From: Malacoraja senta | Lineage: Eukaryota | Reading direction: 5' to 3' | NCBI GenBank assembly: GCA_038087875.1 | Contig: CM075996.1 | Coordinates: forward strand, 1,614,001-1,678,000 | DNA: 64,000 nt | Part shown: in pieces, positions 50,693 to 64,000 of the stretch | Layout: the number at the start of each line of letters is the position of its first letter | Position numbering within the stretch: position 1 is the first letter of the stretch | Position numbers and translations under genes: made by a program | The notes under the pieces: generated by a model | Database searches by the model: none | The model's input: the letters and a program-made list of their open reading frames with translations, nothing else | What the model was told of the DNA's origin: nothing

Positions 50693-52451
50693 CCTCTCTG
50701 ACGGTCGCCATTCCAGCTGGCGGTTTTTCAGGCGAGTGCCGCGAGCTTGAAGGTCGCAGGCAGTCCGCTGAAAAGTCGCCTAAGTGGGACAGGCCCATTA
50801 AAGTGTTTTAATCAGTTCAAACAAGCCAGCAGCTTGATGGTTAATTGTGGTGTTTTTCTCGGCATGCAAGCCAGCAAGTTGTGTTTGCAGTTCATCATCA
50901 TCACGCTGGCAGAGATAAAGGCCTGGTGTGCCACATCAAAGATAGTGGAACAAAGCAGGAATGAGTCAGCCACGTTTTAATTTTGAGCACCAGCATGCTC
51001 AGCATTAAAATAGCCCTCTCCCTCTGCCGATCTCTTATGAAGAGTGTGGCTGTTTTCAGATGGTCTCTCCACTTACGGCACTCATATGATCATATTAGGT
51101 CTTTATTCTTTGGAGCGCAGAAGGTTAAGAGGGGACTTGATAGAGGTCTTTAAAATTATGAGCGGGTTAGACAGAGTGGACGTGGATAAGCTTTTCCCAT
51201 TGAGAGTAGGGAAGATTCAAACAAGGGGACATGACTTGAGAATTAAGGGACAGAAGTTTAGGGGGAACATTAGGGGGAACTTCTTTACTCAGAGAGTGGT
51301 AGCTGTGTGGAATGAGCTTCCAGTGGAAGTGGTGGAGGCAGGTTCGATGTTATCTTTTAAAAATAGATTGGATGGGTATATGGACGGGAAAGGAATGGAG
51401 GGTTATGGTCTGAGTGCAGGTAGATGGGACTAGGGGGAAGTATTTATTTTTAATTAAAAAAAAAAAAAATTTTTTTTTAAAAATGTTTGGCACGGACTTG
51501 AAGGACAGAGATGGCCTGTTTCTGTGCTGTTATGGTTATATGGTTATATGGTTATAAGGGATAGCGTTAGGGTTAGGGTGGGGGGGTAGGGTTAGGGATC
51601 AATAATGCTTAAGAAAGAACCGCAAATGCTGGAAAAATATTTTTAAAAAGCTGTAGAAACTCAGCGGGACAGGCAGCATCTATGGAGAGAAGGAATGGGT
51701 GACGCTTCGGGTCGAGACCCTTCTTCAGGGATTAATAATGCAAAAATGTTGCATTAAAATTATTTTGATTAAAAATATCTTGCGAAGAAAGAGGAATGTA
51801 CCAAACTATCAGGTCGGGGGGAGTTCCCCCCCCCCCCCGCCACAGGTACCATGTAATCGCGTGCTACCTACCCCATGGTCGGATAGTCAACGACTAAACC
51901 GTCTCCCCCTCCTGGTTTGCCAGGTGAGGAGGGGGCTGTGGACCCCAGCAGGACCAAAAGCAAGGAACCCCTCTCCAAGACAGACGTGAAGCTCACCGTT
52001 TGACCTGTTTTTACAAAAGGTTAAATGGTCAGCTCGACATAGATTACAAGACCTACACCAAACCCAAACCAACTAGGAGCAGACGAGGGCATTCGATCCA
52101 ATTTGTGATTCCAGCTACCAAGACAGATGTGTACAGCAATTCATTCTTCCCCCACACAATTAAAGCATGGGATAGTCTTCACCCTACCATAGTTACCCAA
52201 CCAGGTGCAACTAAATTTAAGGTAGCTCTTTCTTCCCAAGAACCCTTTCTGGCTTAAGTCTTCCCTCCACCACCTCCAGTTTAAATTCCATTTGGAATAT
52301 TTTGGAGGACCAGGAAACCAAGACCAAGACCAAGGCCTGTCAAAGGGCGGATGAGCTTGTAGCGAGCCAACGGCCATCCACACTTCAGTAGAAGTTGCGA
52401 TCACTGTCGTACATAGCGTTGTAAGGCACCGTGCCCATTGATGGTTTCAAC

Positions 52452-52523
<72 letters not shown>

Positions 52524-52569
52524 CATGATGATGATGATGATGATCATGATGATGATGCTGATGATGATC

Positions 52570-52601
<32 letters not shown>

Positions 52602-52602
52602 C

Positions 52603-52634
<32 letters not shown>

Positions 52635-52644
52635 CATGATGATG

Positions 52645-52697
<53 letters not shown>

Positions 52698-52698
52698 C

Positions 52699-52730
<32 letters not shown>

Positions 52731-52731
52731 C

Positions 52732-52763
<32 letters not shown>

Positions 52764-54040
52764 CATGATGATGATGAAGTGATTGAAGAAAGTTAAAATT
52801 TTGGGTCGATCGTGGAAAGCAGCGCTGGAAATCCTGCATGTAATTATAAAGGGCAGCACGGTGGTACAGCGGTAGAGTTGATGCCTTACAGCGCCGGAGA
52901 CCTGGGTTCGATCCTGACTATCGGTGCTGTCTGTTCATAATAAGCTCATGTTCATAAGTGATAGGAGCAGAATTAGGCCATTCGGCCCATTGTCTACTCC
53001 CCCATTCAATCATAGCTGATCTATCTCTCCTTCCTAACCCCATTCTCCTGCCTTCTCCCCATAACCTATGACACCAATACTTATCAAGAAACTATCTATC
53101 TCTGCCTCAAATATATCCATTGACTTGGCCTCCACAGCCTCCATTGGCAATGAATTCCACAGATTCACCACCCTCTGACTGAAGAAATTCCTCCTCATCT
53201 CCTTCCTAAAGGAACATCCTTTATTTCTGAGGCTGTGCCCTCTAGTCCTAGACTCTCCTGCTGGTAGAAACACTCATGAGGGATCTCTCCAGAAGGAGTG
53301 TGGTGTGAGAGAGTAGCCACCTCCACCATCTCAAGGACAAAGAGGGTTGGGGGGGGGGGAGTCGGGTGGCGCAGCAGGTAGAGCTGCTGCCTCACGGCAC
53401 CATAAACCCCGGTTCGATCCTGACCTCAGCTGCTGTCTGTCTGTGTGTGGAGTTGGTACATTCTCCCCGTGACCTGCGTGGGTTTTTACTCCGGGTGGTC
53501 CAGTTTCCTCCCACACTCCAAAGACGTGCGTGTTTATAGGTTAATTGGCTCTCTGTAAGTTGCTCACAGTGTGTCGGAGTGGATGAGGAAGTGAAATAAC
53601 AGAATTAATGTGAAAGTGTGATCGATGGTCGGCGTGGATTCGTACGGCCGAAGGACATGTTTCACGCTGTATCTCCAAACTTTACTGTACCAATTTACTG
53701 ATGTGTGGTGTCTTTTAAAAATTGATGGGTTTTTTCGTCTTTTACCTCCCACAAATATGTAATATGTGAATATGTGATTCTGTTCCATTCTGTTTTGTAG
53801 TTTTTTTTGCACAGTCCGCAAGCATTGCCACTTTTCATTTCACTGCACATCTCGTATGCGTATGTGACGAATAAACTTGACTTGACTTGACTTGACCACT
53901 GAATGGTGGGTTGCCCAAGTAAATCAAAAACTGCGCAAATACATCAAAAACATTGGAAAAAAATTACCGTCCCGAGTTTGACCCATATCCCTCTAAACAT
54001 TTCCTGTCCATGTACCTGTCCAAATGTATTCAACTACTGT

Positions 54041-54157
54041 GAGCCATGAAAGCCCCTATCAGTCTGAAGAAGGGTTTCGGCCCGAAACGTTACCTATTTC
54101 CTTCGCTCCATAGATGCTGCTGCACCCGCTGAGTTTCTCCAGCATTTTTGTGTACCT
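54041..54157 (+). mobile_element. 117-bp Penelope terminal-repeat insertion with hammerhead core, present in only one duplicate copy
   Basis: Flanked by TGTA(T/G)TCAACTACTGT at 54025-54040 and 54158-54173. The site is empty and single at 40999-41014. Confidence 0.9.
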
Positions 54158-55096
54158 TGTAGTCAACTACTGTTCCTCCTCTGGCAACTCACTCCTTATA
54201 CGCACCACTCTCTGTTTGAAAAAAGGTGCCCCTCAGGTTCCTATTAAATCTTTCTCTCCTTAAACCTATGTCCCATTGCTTTTGATTCCCCAACCCTGGG
54301 AAAGAGACCCAATCTATTCCCCTCTTGACCTGTCCACCTCTGTAAGATCACCCCTCATCCTCCAAGGATGCGCTCCAAGGAATAAAATCCTCGCCTGCCC
54401 AACCTCTCCCTGTAGCTCGGGCCCTAGCGTCCTGGCAACATCCTGGTAAATCTTCTCCACACCCTCTCCAGATTTTTAGCATGCACATGGTGAAAAAGCT
54501 ATGAAAATTAATGACTGATGGGGCAAAATCTGTGAACATTAATTATCCATTAAATATCTTCCAATGTTAGTGTCCCAGAGTGATATTTGAGAATATTAAT
54601 TGTCCAAGGTGGAATATCTGTGAATATCAACGACCTACAGTGGAATATTTATTCATGATTTACCACGTGATATAAATTATCCAGCCATTTAAATATTAAT
54701 GACCAATATTTGAATATTAATGATCAATATTTAAATCGTGCTGATCAATAGGATAATAGACATCCATGGTACAATACTGGAGTATTAATAACTGTGTGTG
54801 TGATATTTGTGAGCACTCATTTTACTTAGTGCCGTATGTGAATGCTACTGAATCATATTTTATGAGAGTACGTGTAAATGAGTCATCCATATGTGACATA
54901 ATTGTACACGTGACATTAGCAGAGATGTTAGTTATTGTAAGAAGAACGTTAACTTGTATCCTGAGGTGCCCCTGTCTGCTTGTATTATTCATGCCAGTTC
55001 ACATCACTTGTATTGGGTCTCAACACTAGAGAGTCAGTCCTGTGTTAATATTAAAGATACACAGCACCACATACGTTATTAACATGAAGCTCATCT

Positions 55097-55562
55097 ATGT
55101 TCTATATCCTTGGTGAGACCAAGCGGAGGCTTGGCGATCGTTTCGCCGAACACCTCCGCTCGGCCCGCAATAACCAACCAGACCTCCCGGTGGCTCAGCA
55201 CTTCAACTCCCCCTCCCATTCCGTATCCGACCTCTCTGTCCTGGGTCTCCTCCATGGCCAGAGCGAGCAACACCGGAAATTGGAGGAACAGCACCTCATA
55301 TTCCACTTGGGGAGTCTGCATCCTGGGGGCATGAACATTGAATTCTCCCAATTCTGTTAACCCTTGCTGTCTCCTCCGCTTCCTCAACCCTCGGGCTGTC
55401 TCCTCCCATCCCTCAGCCCTTGGGCTCCTCCTCCGCCTTTTTCCTTTCTTCTCCCCACCCCCCATCAGTCTGAAGAAGGGTTTCGGCCCGAAACGTTGCC
55501 TATTTCCTTCGCTCCATAGATGCTGCTGCACCCGCTGAGTTTCTCCAGCATTTTTGTCTACC
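55097..55562 (+). mobile_element. Penelope-like element 3' remnant with open GIY-YIG C-terminal frame
   Basis: ORF 55097-55360 YILGETKRRLGDRFAEH...RKLEEQHLIFHLGSLHPGGMN. Confidence 0.92.
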
Positions 55563-57657
55563 TATGTTCTATATCCACTCTCTTAATGTACGTGCCACAG
55601 TACAGCACAGAAACAGGCCCTTCGGCCCACAATTCTGCACTCTGCATCTTATCCTTTGCTCTACCCATTGTACTTGAGTTTGTCTTCATAAGGTCATAAG
55701 TGATAGGAGCAGAATTAGGCCAATCGGTCCACCAAGTCTACCCCACCATTCAATCATGGCTGATCTATCTTTCCCCGATGACCCCATTCTCCAGACTTCT
55801 CCCCATAACTCTTGACACCCTTACTAATCAAGAATCTGTCGATCTCCGTCTTAAAAACATCCATTGACATGGACTCGACAGCCGTCTGTGGCAATGAATT
55901 CCACAGATTCACCACCCTCTGACTAAAGAAATTCCTCTTCATCTCCTTCCTAAAGGAACGTCCTTTAATTCTGAGGCTGCGACCTCTGACCCTAGTCTCT
56001 CCCACTAGTGGAAACAGCCTTTCCACATCCACCTAAGATAGACACAAAGTGCTGGAGTAACTCAGCGGGTCAGGCAGCATCTCTGGAGAGAAAGGCTGGG
56101 AGATGTTTTGGGTCGGGGCCCTTCTTCAGACTGAAAGTTGAGGGTGGGGGTGGGGTTGAAGAACTGAAGGCTATCCAAGCCGATCAGACACACCATACGT
56201 AAATACAATTACGTCAAACTTAAGCCCACAGGTAGAGCAAAGGGGAAGATACAGAGTGCAGAATATAGTTCTCAGCATTGTGGCGCATCAGTTTCACAGA
56301 CAAAGTCCAATGTCCGCATTGGGGTCGAGGTGAATCGGACAGTACCCCAGCTTATGGAAGGGCCGTTCAGAAGCCTGATAACAGAGGGGAAGAAGCTGTT
56401 CCTGAGTCTGGTGGTGCGGGGAGAAGAAGGGAATGACCGGGGTGGGACAAGACTTTGATTATGTTGAAAAAACGTGTCTTGCCCCAAAACGTCACCTATC
56501 CATGTTCTCCAGACATGCTGCCTGACCCGCTGAGTTACTCCAGCACTGTGTCTTTCTTTGATGATGTTGACTGCTTTTCTGAGGCAGCGTGAAGTGTAGA
56601 TGGGGGCACATGGATATGCGGGGAGTGCAGGAATACGGATCACGTGGAGGCGGAGGAGATTAGTTAAACTTGGCATCATTTTCCACCCTTGATGATACTT
56701 GGATGATGGCGTTACTGCCCTTTCATCATCAGTCCTTCCATTAGCTAGGGTACTGTCCGATTCACCACTGTGTTTAATCGATTGATTGAAAGATACAGCA
56801 CGGAAACAGGCCCTTCGGCCCACTGAGTCCATGCCAGCCAATGAACTCAGATGCTGCCTGACCCACCGTTACTCCGGCACTTTGTTTTTTGCTCAAGGTT
56901 GCAGCATCTGCAGTTCCTTGAGTATCCAATGAGAGGGATGTGTTGGACAGCACCAGATTTAAATGATCGGTAAGATTTTTCCAATGTTTTAGATTGATTT
57001 GCTAGGTATGCAGCTACTTAAAAAATCCATCATTTAATGCTTGACGCTGTTTAGTTTAGTTTAGTGATAGAGCATGGAAACAGGCCCTTCGGCCCACCAA
57101 GTCCATGCTGACCATCGAGTACCCGGTTACACTAGTTCTATGCTATCCTGCTTTCTCATCCACTCCCTACGCACTAGGACACAATTTACAGAGGGCCATT
57201 TAGCCTTCAAACCCGCACGTCTTTGGGATGTGGGAGGAAGCCGGAGCACCCGGAGTAAACCCACGCGGTCACAGGGAGAAACGTGCAGACTCCACACAGA
57301 CAGCACCCGAGGTCAGGATCGAACCGGGGTCTCTGGCGGCGTGAGGCAGCGACTCTACCCGCTGCCATTTCATTCCTGGAACTCTCTTCGCCATCTGTAC
57401 CCCGGTACCCCCTACACCACACGCACCATCGAGGAGCGAGGTAACATCACCACCACCTATGGCAGATGACGCAGATGTGTTCCAGCATGGAGTGTTTGGG
57501 CCGAATGGCCTGTTTCTCCACTGTGGATGCCCGGTACTGGTCTGCTGGGATAAGGCGAGTATTCCCGTCGCTCGTCAACATCTTTCCCACAAACGTCCTC
57601 GCGTTCCTTTATCGATGAGGCTCTGAATTCAGCGTGGAGAGAAAGGGCCGAGATCTT

Positions 57658-57670
57658 GTTGCTTAGCAAC
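57658..57670. promoter_or_regulatory. RFX X-box-like palindrome
   Basis: GTTGCTTAGCAAC in a unique CpG-containing island. Confidence 0.3.
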
Positions 57671-58851
57671 GCTTTCCCCGACAACGGTTGTAAGGCCTTG
57701 TAGAATCACCAGCTAGCATGTTGAGCAACATCGCTCAGGCAGTGACTGTGCACGGGGCCTCTGCAGTGAACCCTCCGACTGATCGAAAAGATACAGCACG
57801 GAAACAGGCCCTTCGGCCCACCGCATCCAGGCCGACCATCGATCGCCCGTTCCATGTTATCCCACTTTCTCATCCACTCCCTACGCAATTTTACAGAGGG
57901 CCAATTAACCTACAAACCCGCACGTTTTGGGGATGTGGGAGGAAACCGGAGCACACGGAGGAAACCCACGCGGTCACCAGAAGATCATGCAAACTCCGCA
58001 CAGACAGCACCCGTAATCAGGATCAAACTGAGGTCCATGGCGCTGTGGGGCAGCAGCTCTACCCATCGCGCCAGCATGCCACTTTGTCTACGTAAAAAGC
58101 ACTTCACGTACTACTATAACACTGAAGGAAAATGGCTTTACTTTGACCATTCCTACATCTACATCCGGTTGACCAAATGTCTTTAAAATTGTAATTGTAA
58201 CCACTTCTATAGCTTCCTCTGGCAGCTCGTTCAAGATACCGTCTACCCTCTGAGTGAAAAGGTTGCCTCTGAGGTCCCTCTTTAATCTCTCCTCCCTCAC
58301 TTTAAGCCTGCGCCCTCTAGTTTTAGAATCCTCTACCCTGGGGAAAAGACTGTGAGCGTTCAACTTTATCCGTGCCCCTCATGATCTTGTAAGGTCACCC
58401 CTCAGCCTCCTACGCTCCAGAGAACAAAGTCACAGCCTGTCCAACCTCTCCCTGTAACTCCAGCCCACAAGCCCAGGTAACATCCTGGTCAATCTCTCCT
58501 GCCTACCCTATCCAACTTAATCAGCCCAACAAACCTCAGCAATACCAAGTCAATAGATATCGTTAAGGCAGAGATGGACAGACTCTTGATCAGTGCGGGT
58601 GTCAGGGGTTACGGGGAGAAGGCAGGAGAATGGGGTTGGGAGGGAGAGATAAATCAGCCATGAGTGAATGGCAGAGTAGACTTGATGGGGCGAATGGCCT
58701 AATTCTGCTCCTAGAACTTATGGCCATGAACGTCCATCCCACCCTCTGTCAGAGGTGATGGATGGTCTGTTTCTCTGCCCCCAGATGATGGGTGTCAAGA
58801 GTCAAGAGTGTTTTATTCTCATGTGTCCCAGATAGAACAATGACATTCTTA

Positions 58852-59054
58852 TGGGCCTGTCCCACTTAGGCGATTTTTTGGGCGACTACAGCTGACTTCC
58901 GCAAAACTTTCAACATGTTGAAAGATTTTTCGGCGAAAGTGGAGACAATTTTTGCTGTCGTAGATTGTCGCCAGGTGTCGTAGGTTGTGGTAGGTGCTGT
59001 TGTAGGTTGTTGCCAGGTATCGGAGGTGAATTCCAATTCAAACTAGTCCCTGGC
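58852..59054. mobile_element. Harbinger-like left end, truncated
   Basis: TTA|TGGGCCTGTCCCACTTAGGCGATTTT; no partner TIR nearby. Confidence 0.7.
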
Positions 59055-59539
59055 GGCAGCACAACAGAATGTGTAAACATAGTACACTGTAAAAATATCA
59101 TAAACGAGAAAAAAAAAGTTCAGTGTGTGTATATATATATATACACAAATACTCACACACTCATACACATATACTGTTTCCAAGATTTGGGTTTTTAGGG
59201 ATTAGGTTAGAGTTTTACAAGCCTCCAAATATTTTTTTTGCATTTGGTGGGTTAATAACGATCTCAAGGGCGGTTCTGGAGGGTTGTAAACTTCTACCAG
59301 ATAGCTCCAATTCCAGTTTACCTGGTAGTTGGCTCGCGTTCACAAGTTTTAGGAGCAGAATTAGGGCATTCGGCCCATCGGGTCCACTCCGCCATTCAAT
59401 CATGGCTGATCTCTGCCACCTGACCCCATTTTCCTGCCCTCTCCCCATAACTCTTGACACCTGTTCTAATCTCTGCCTTAAAAATATCCACCGACTTGGC
59501 CTCCACAGCCCTCTGTCACAATGAGTTCCACAGATTAAT

Positions 59540-59950
59540 AGACAATAGACAATAGGTGCAGGAGTAGGCCATTTGGCCCTTCGAGCCAGCACCGCCATTC
59601 AATGTGATCATGGCTGATCATCCCCAATCAGTACCCCGTTCCTGCCTTCTCCCCATAACCCCTGACTCCGCTATTTTTAAGAGCCCTATCGAGCTCTTAA
59701 AAGAGTGACGAATTGACTTGACTTGACTTGAGCTCTCTCTTGAAAGTATCCAGAGAACCTGCCTCCACCGCCCTCTGAGGCAGAGAATTCCACAGAATGA
59801 ACTACCCTCTGACTTAAGAAGTTCCTCCTCATCTCCTTTCTAAAAGAGCGCCCTTTAATTCTGAGGCTGTGACCTCTGGTCCTAGACTCTCCCACCAGTG
59901 GAAACATCCTCTCCACATCCACTCTATCTATGCCTTTCATTATTCTTGGT
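59540..59950 (-). mobile_element. CR1 LINE 3' fragments
   Basis: MKGIDRVDVERMFPLVGESRTRGHSLRIKG followed by a 3' UTR. Confidence 0.88.
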
Positions 59951-60614
59951 GGGATAAAGGCCCAGGTCCAACTCTCCAGACTCGGGGATGAGAATGATCT
60001 TAACGTAATCTTAAGGAGAATTAGTCTTGCCTTCAGAACCCCATACAAACAGGCTGTGGACGTTTCCAAGCAGTTGGTGATCCATATTAATGTTCATTCA
60101 AACTCCTCCTTGCTGGATGGTTAGTCTAACTCTCTGACGGAGTCTGGCTCGGTAAACTCCGGCGGGCCATCGCAATGTGTCGCTGACAGTAAGTCCTATT
60201 TTAAACGTAATTAACGCAGGGGATGTGGGAGTAGCTGGCAGAGGCTGAGGCAACACTCCATGGCGTAGCTACTCCTGTGAGTGTCACTGTTACAGGGCTG
60301 CGCCCACATTAGTGTTCTGGTGGGGCCCTCTGATCCAGTGAGTCACTGCAATGATGGAACACACATGCCCTTCGGCCCACAAGGTCCATGCCAAACACTA
60401 TACTAATTAGTCGTAAGAAAGAACTGCAGACGCTGGTAAAATCGAAGGTAGACACAAAAAGCTGGAGTAACTCAGCGGGTCAGGCAGCATCTCCAGAGAG
60501 AAGGGATGGGTGATGTTTCTGGTCAAGACCCGAAACGTCACCAATTCCTTCTCTCCAGAGATGCTGCCTGACCCGCTGAGTTACTCCAGCTTTTTGTGTC
60601 TACCTACTGTACCA

Positions 60615-60945
60615 ATTAGTTTTAGTTTTAGAGATACAGCACGGAAACAGGCCCTTCGGCCCACCGAGTCCGCACCGACCGGCGATCCCCGCACATTAAC
60701 ACTATCTCACACACACACACACACTAGGGACAATTTTACATTTACACCAAGCCAATTAGCCCACAAACCTGCACGTCTTTGGGGCGTGGGAGGAAACCGA
60801 AGATCTCGGAGAAAACACACGCAGGTACCGGGGAGAACGTGCAAACTCCGTACAGACAGCACCCGTAGTCAGGATGGAACCCGGGGTCTCTGGCGCTGTA
60901 AGTGCCGTAAGGCGGCAACTCTACCGCTGCGCCAACGTGCCGCCA
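60615..60945 (-). mobile_element. Full-length HE1/V-SINE-type SINE
   Basis: Head, V domain and (TTTAG)n tail. Confidence 0.88.
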
Positions 60946-61299
60946 TAATCCACTCTGCCTGCACGCGATCCATGTCCCTCCATTCCCTGCATCTCCACGT
61001 GCCTATCTAAGAGCCTCTTAAATGCCACTATTGTACCTGCCCCCACCACCACTCATAACAGCATGTTTCAGGCACCCACCATTCTCTGTGTAAAAAACTT
61101 CCCCCACACATCTCCTTTCAACTTTGTCTCTCTACCTCTGATCCTTGACATTGCCACCCTGGGAAAAAAAAGTTCTGACTACCTGCCCTACCTATGCCTC
61201 TCATCATTTTTAGATACTTATATCAGGTCTCCCCTCAACCTCCGATGGTCCAGAGCATACAATTCATGTTTGCCCGAGATTTCCAAATAGCTAAAACCC

Positions 61300-61830
61300 T
61301 TTTAATTCAGTTCAGTTTACTGTCCCGTGTATCGAGGTACAGTGAAAGGTTTTTGTTGCGTGCTATCCAGTCAGCGGAAAGACAATACATGATTACAATC
61401 GAGCTACCTACAGTGTACAGATAAAAGATAATGGGAACAAACATTTAGTGCAAGATAAAGTCCGATTAAAGATGGTTCAGTCTCCAAAGAAGTAGTTGGT
61501 GAGAAGACGGTTCAGTTGCCCGATAACAGCCGGGAAGAAAACTGCCCCTGAATCTGGAGGTGTTCGTTTTCACACTTCTGTACCTCTTGTCTGATGGGAG
61601 AGGGGAGAAGAGGGAGTGGACGGGGTGTGACTGGTCCTTGATGATGCTGCTGGCCTTGCCGAGGCAGCGTGAGGTGTAGATGGAGTCGATGGAAGGGAGG
61701 TTGGTTTGTGTGTGTGTGTGTGATGGTCTGGGCTGCGTCCACAATTCTCGGCAAATTCTTGCGGTTTTGGACGGAGCTGTTCCCAACCCGTGCTGTGGTG
61801 CATCCCCATAAAATGCTTCGTACGGCTCAT
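61300..61830 (-). mobile_element. Rex1/Babar-type LINE 3' fragment
   Basis: LPSIDSIYTSRCLGKASSIIKDQSHPVHSLFSPLPSDKRYRS. Confidence 0.85.
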
Positions 61831-61856
61831 CTGTAGAGGTTGGTTCTAATTTCTGT

Positions 61857-62455
61857 GTTGCTGCCTCACAGCGCCAGATACCCCGGTTCAATCCTGACTA
61901 CGGGTGCTGTCTGTAGGGAGTTTGTACGTTCTCCCCGTGACCACGTGCATTTTCTCCGGGTGCTCCAGTTTCCTCCCACACTCCAAAGACGCCCAGATTT
62001 GTAGGTTAATTAGCTTCTGTAAATTGTCCCTGGTGAGTGGGATGGAGCTAGTGTCAGCATGGACTCGATGGGCCGATGGGCCTGTTTTCGTGCTGTACCT
62101 CCGAAGTCTAAAGTCAGTCATTGTGGGGCAAAGGGCCTGTTCCTATTAGTTAGTTTAGATTAGTTTAGAGATACAACGTGGAAACAGGCCCTTCGGCCCA
62201 CTGAGTCAGTGCCGACCAGCGATCCCCACACACTAACACTATCCTACACACACTAGGGACAATTTACAATTTTTACTGAGCCAATTAGCCAACAAACCTG
62301 TCCGTCTTTGGATTGTGGGAGGAAACCGGAGATCCCAGAGGAAACACACGCAGTCACAGGGAGAACGTGCGAACTCCATAAAGACAGCACCTGTAGTTAG
62401 GATCGAACTTGCGTCTCTGGCACTGTGAGGCAGCAGCTCTACCCGCTGCACCACC
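61857..62455. mobile_element. Two HE1/V-SINE-type SINEs in tail-to-tail inverted orientation
   Basis: Plus copy ~61857-62115 and minus copy ~62147-62455. Confidence 0.85.
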
Positions 62456-62561
62456 TGTTCTAGGTTCTATGTCGGCATTGAATGGCCCGTTCATGTTTCC
62501 AGTGTGTGAAAGGATTAAATATTAGGCTGGGTGTCATGGTTCTGAGGGTAGACATGTTTGG

Positions 62562-63212
62562 GTGGGGGGAGAGGGGGGAGGGGAGAGGGGGAGGGGAGAG
62601 GGGGGAGGGTAGAGGGGGAGGGCAGAGAGGAGAGGAGGAGGGAGGGGGGGAGGGGGAGGGTAGAGGGGGAGGGAGGGAAGAGGGGGAGGGAGGGAAGAGG
62701 GGGGAGGGGAGAGCGGGGAGGGGAGAGGGGGGGAGGGGAGAAGAGGAGGGAGGGAAGGGGGGAGGGGAGGGGAGAGGGGGGAGGGGAGGGGAGAGGAGAG
62801 GGAGGAGAGGGAGGAGGGGAGGGGAGAGGGAGGAGGGGAGAGGGGGAGGGGAGAGGGGAGAGGGGGAGGGGAGGGGGAGAGGGGTGAGGGGGAGGGGAGA
62901 GGGAGGAGGGGAGGGAGAGGGAGGAGGGGAGAGGGGAGAGGGGAGAGGGGAGAGGGGAGAGGGGTGAGGGGAGGGGAGGGGAGAGGAAGGAGGGGGAGGG
63001 AGGGAAGAGGGGGAGGGAGGGAAGAGGGGGGAGGGGAGAGGGGGGGTGGGGAGATGAGGAGGGAGGGAAGGGGGGAGGGGAGGGGAGAGGGGGAGGGGAG
63101 GGTAGAGGGGGGAGGGGAGAGGAGAAGGAGGAGAGGGAGGAGGGGAGAGGGGAGAGGGGAGAGGGGTGAGGGGAGGGGAGAGGAGAGGGAGGGGGGAGCG
63201 GGGAGGGGGGGG
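62562..63212. repeat. Polypurine G/A-rich low-complexity tract
   Basis: About 650 bp of almost only G and A, with many G3-G7 runs. Confidence 0.97.
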
Positions 63213-63462
63213 CTCCAGCATTGTTGATCCCAGTAGCTCCAGCATACAAGCACCAAGCCGCAGTAGGACTGTAAGATGTGAATATTGATGCAGGGAGGGG
63301 AGGTTGGGCGCAGTTTAAGCTGTTGCCAACATGTTGTGTCTCCACATTCACACCTTGAGAATAATAATTTTTTTATTTTATTTCGCTAACCTTGTGGCGC
63401 ATAAAATGTAAATAATTCAGTGGAGAAAAAAGCATGTGTCAAACCGTTCCCCTGTCCCACAG

Positions 63463-63494
63463 CTGATTGTGTTTCCTGTCTCTCCACAACCATG
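63463..63494 (+). other. Candidate micro-exon ending in a start codon
   Basis: TTCCCCTGTCCCACAG| 32 bp ending ACCATG |GTAAGT. Confidence 0.3.
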
Positions 63495-64000
63495 GTAAGT
63501 TGCAAAATGAGTTTCACAAGCAACCGATTGGTTCCACTGTCTCCAAGGCAACCGGCTATTCGTACCCAATGGTTATGGTCTTTGTGCCCGGCGGCCAAGT
63601 AGATTTTTGGTGAGTTGGGAATTAACCATTTACTATGCACTCGTTCTTCTTTATGCCCAAAGATAGGCACAAAATGCCGGAGTAACTCAGCGGGACAGGC
63701 AGCATCTCTGGAGAGATGGAATTGGTGACGTTTCGAGATCCTTCTTCAGACTGACCCGCTCCTGCCCTAAGGCAGTGACCGTCTCACTTCTCCAACACCA
63801 CGCAGCCCCCTCTGGCTATGTCTGCAGTGACTTCCACCATGCTGGAACGCTCTAAAACATGTCTAATTATCCACAGGCAGGAACGGGGTCCTGATTGTGG
63901 ATGTTTAAGAAAGAACTGCAGATGCTGGAAAATCGAGGGTAGACATAAATGCTGGAGAAACTCAGCGGGGGAGGCAGCATCTATGGAGCGACGGAAATAG

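Noticed and set aside
62460..63351. Pro-rich and Gly/Glu/Arg-rich ORFs
   Set aside because: Low-complexity polypurine tract.

Overview
Repeat-dense vertebrate genomic DNA, almost certainly from a cartilaginous fish and probably a skate or ray. The inference rests on HE1/V-SINE-type tRNA SINEs and their partner CR1/HER1-type LINE tails. No complete protein-coding gene is visible; nearly all ORFs in the track are microsatellite or transposon remnants. The window holds many 5'-truncated CR1 and Rex1/Babar-type LINE ends, Penelope-like (GIY-YIG) remnants whose terminal repeats carry minimal hammerhead cores, PIF/Harbinger-like MITEs, a Vingi/Ingi-type LINE end with a TSD, long micro/minisatellites, and a few unique islands that may be exons or enhancers. 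Positions 31521-44313 are repeated at 44514-57468 across a 200-N gap, most likely two haplotypes left as a false duplication. The most striking signal is a ~139-bp element at 6514-6652 (minus strand). It begins exactly with a complete 54-nt minimal HDV-like ribozyme fold and ends in a Vingi-type (GAA)n tail, making it a candidate ribozyme-headed non-autonomous retroelement. Repeat boundaries were read by eye and are approximate unless exact motifs are quoted.
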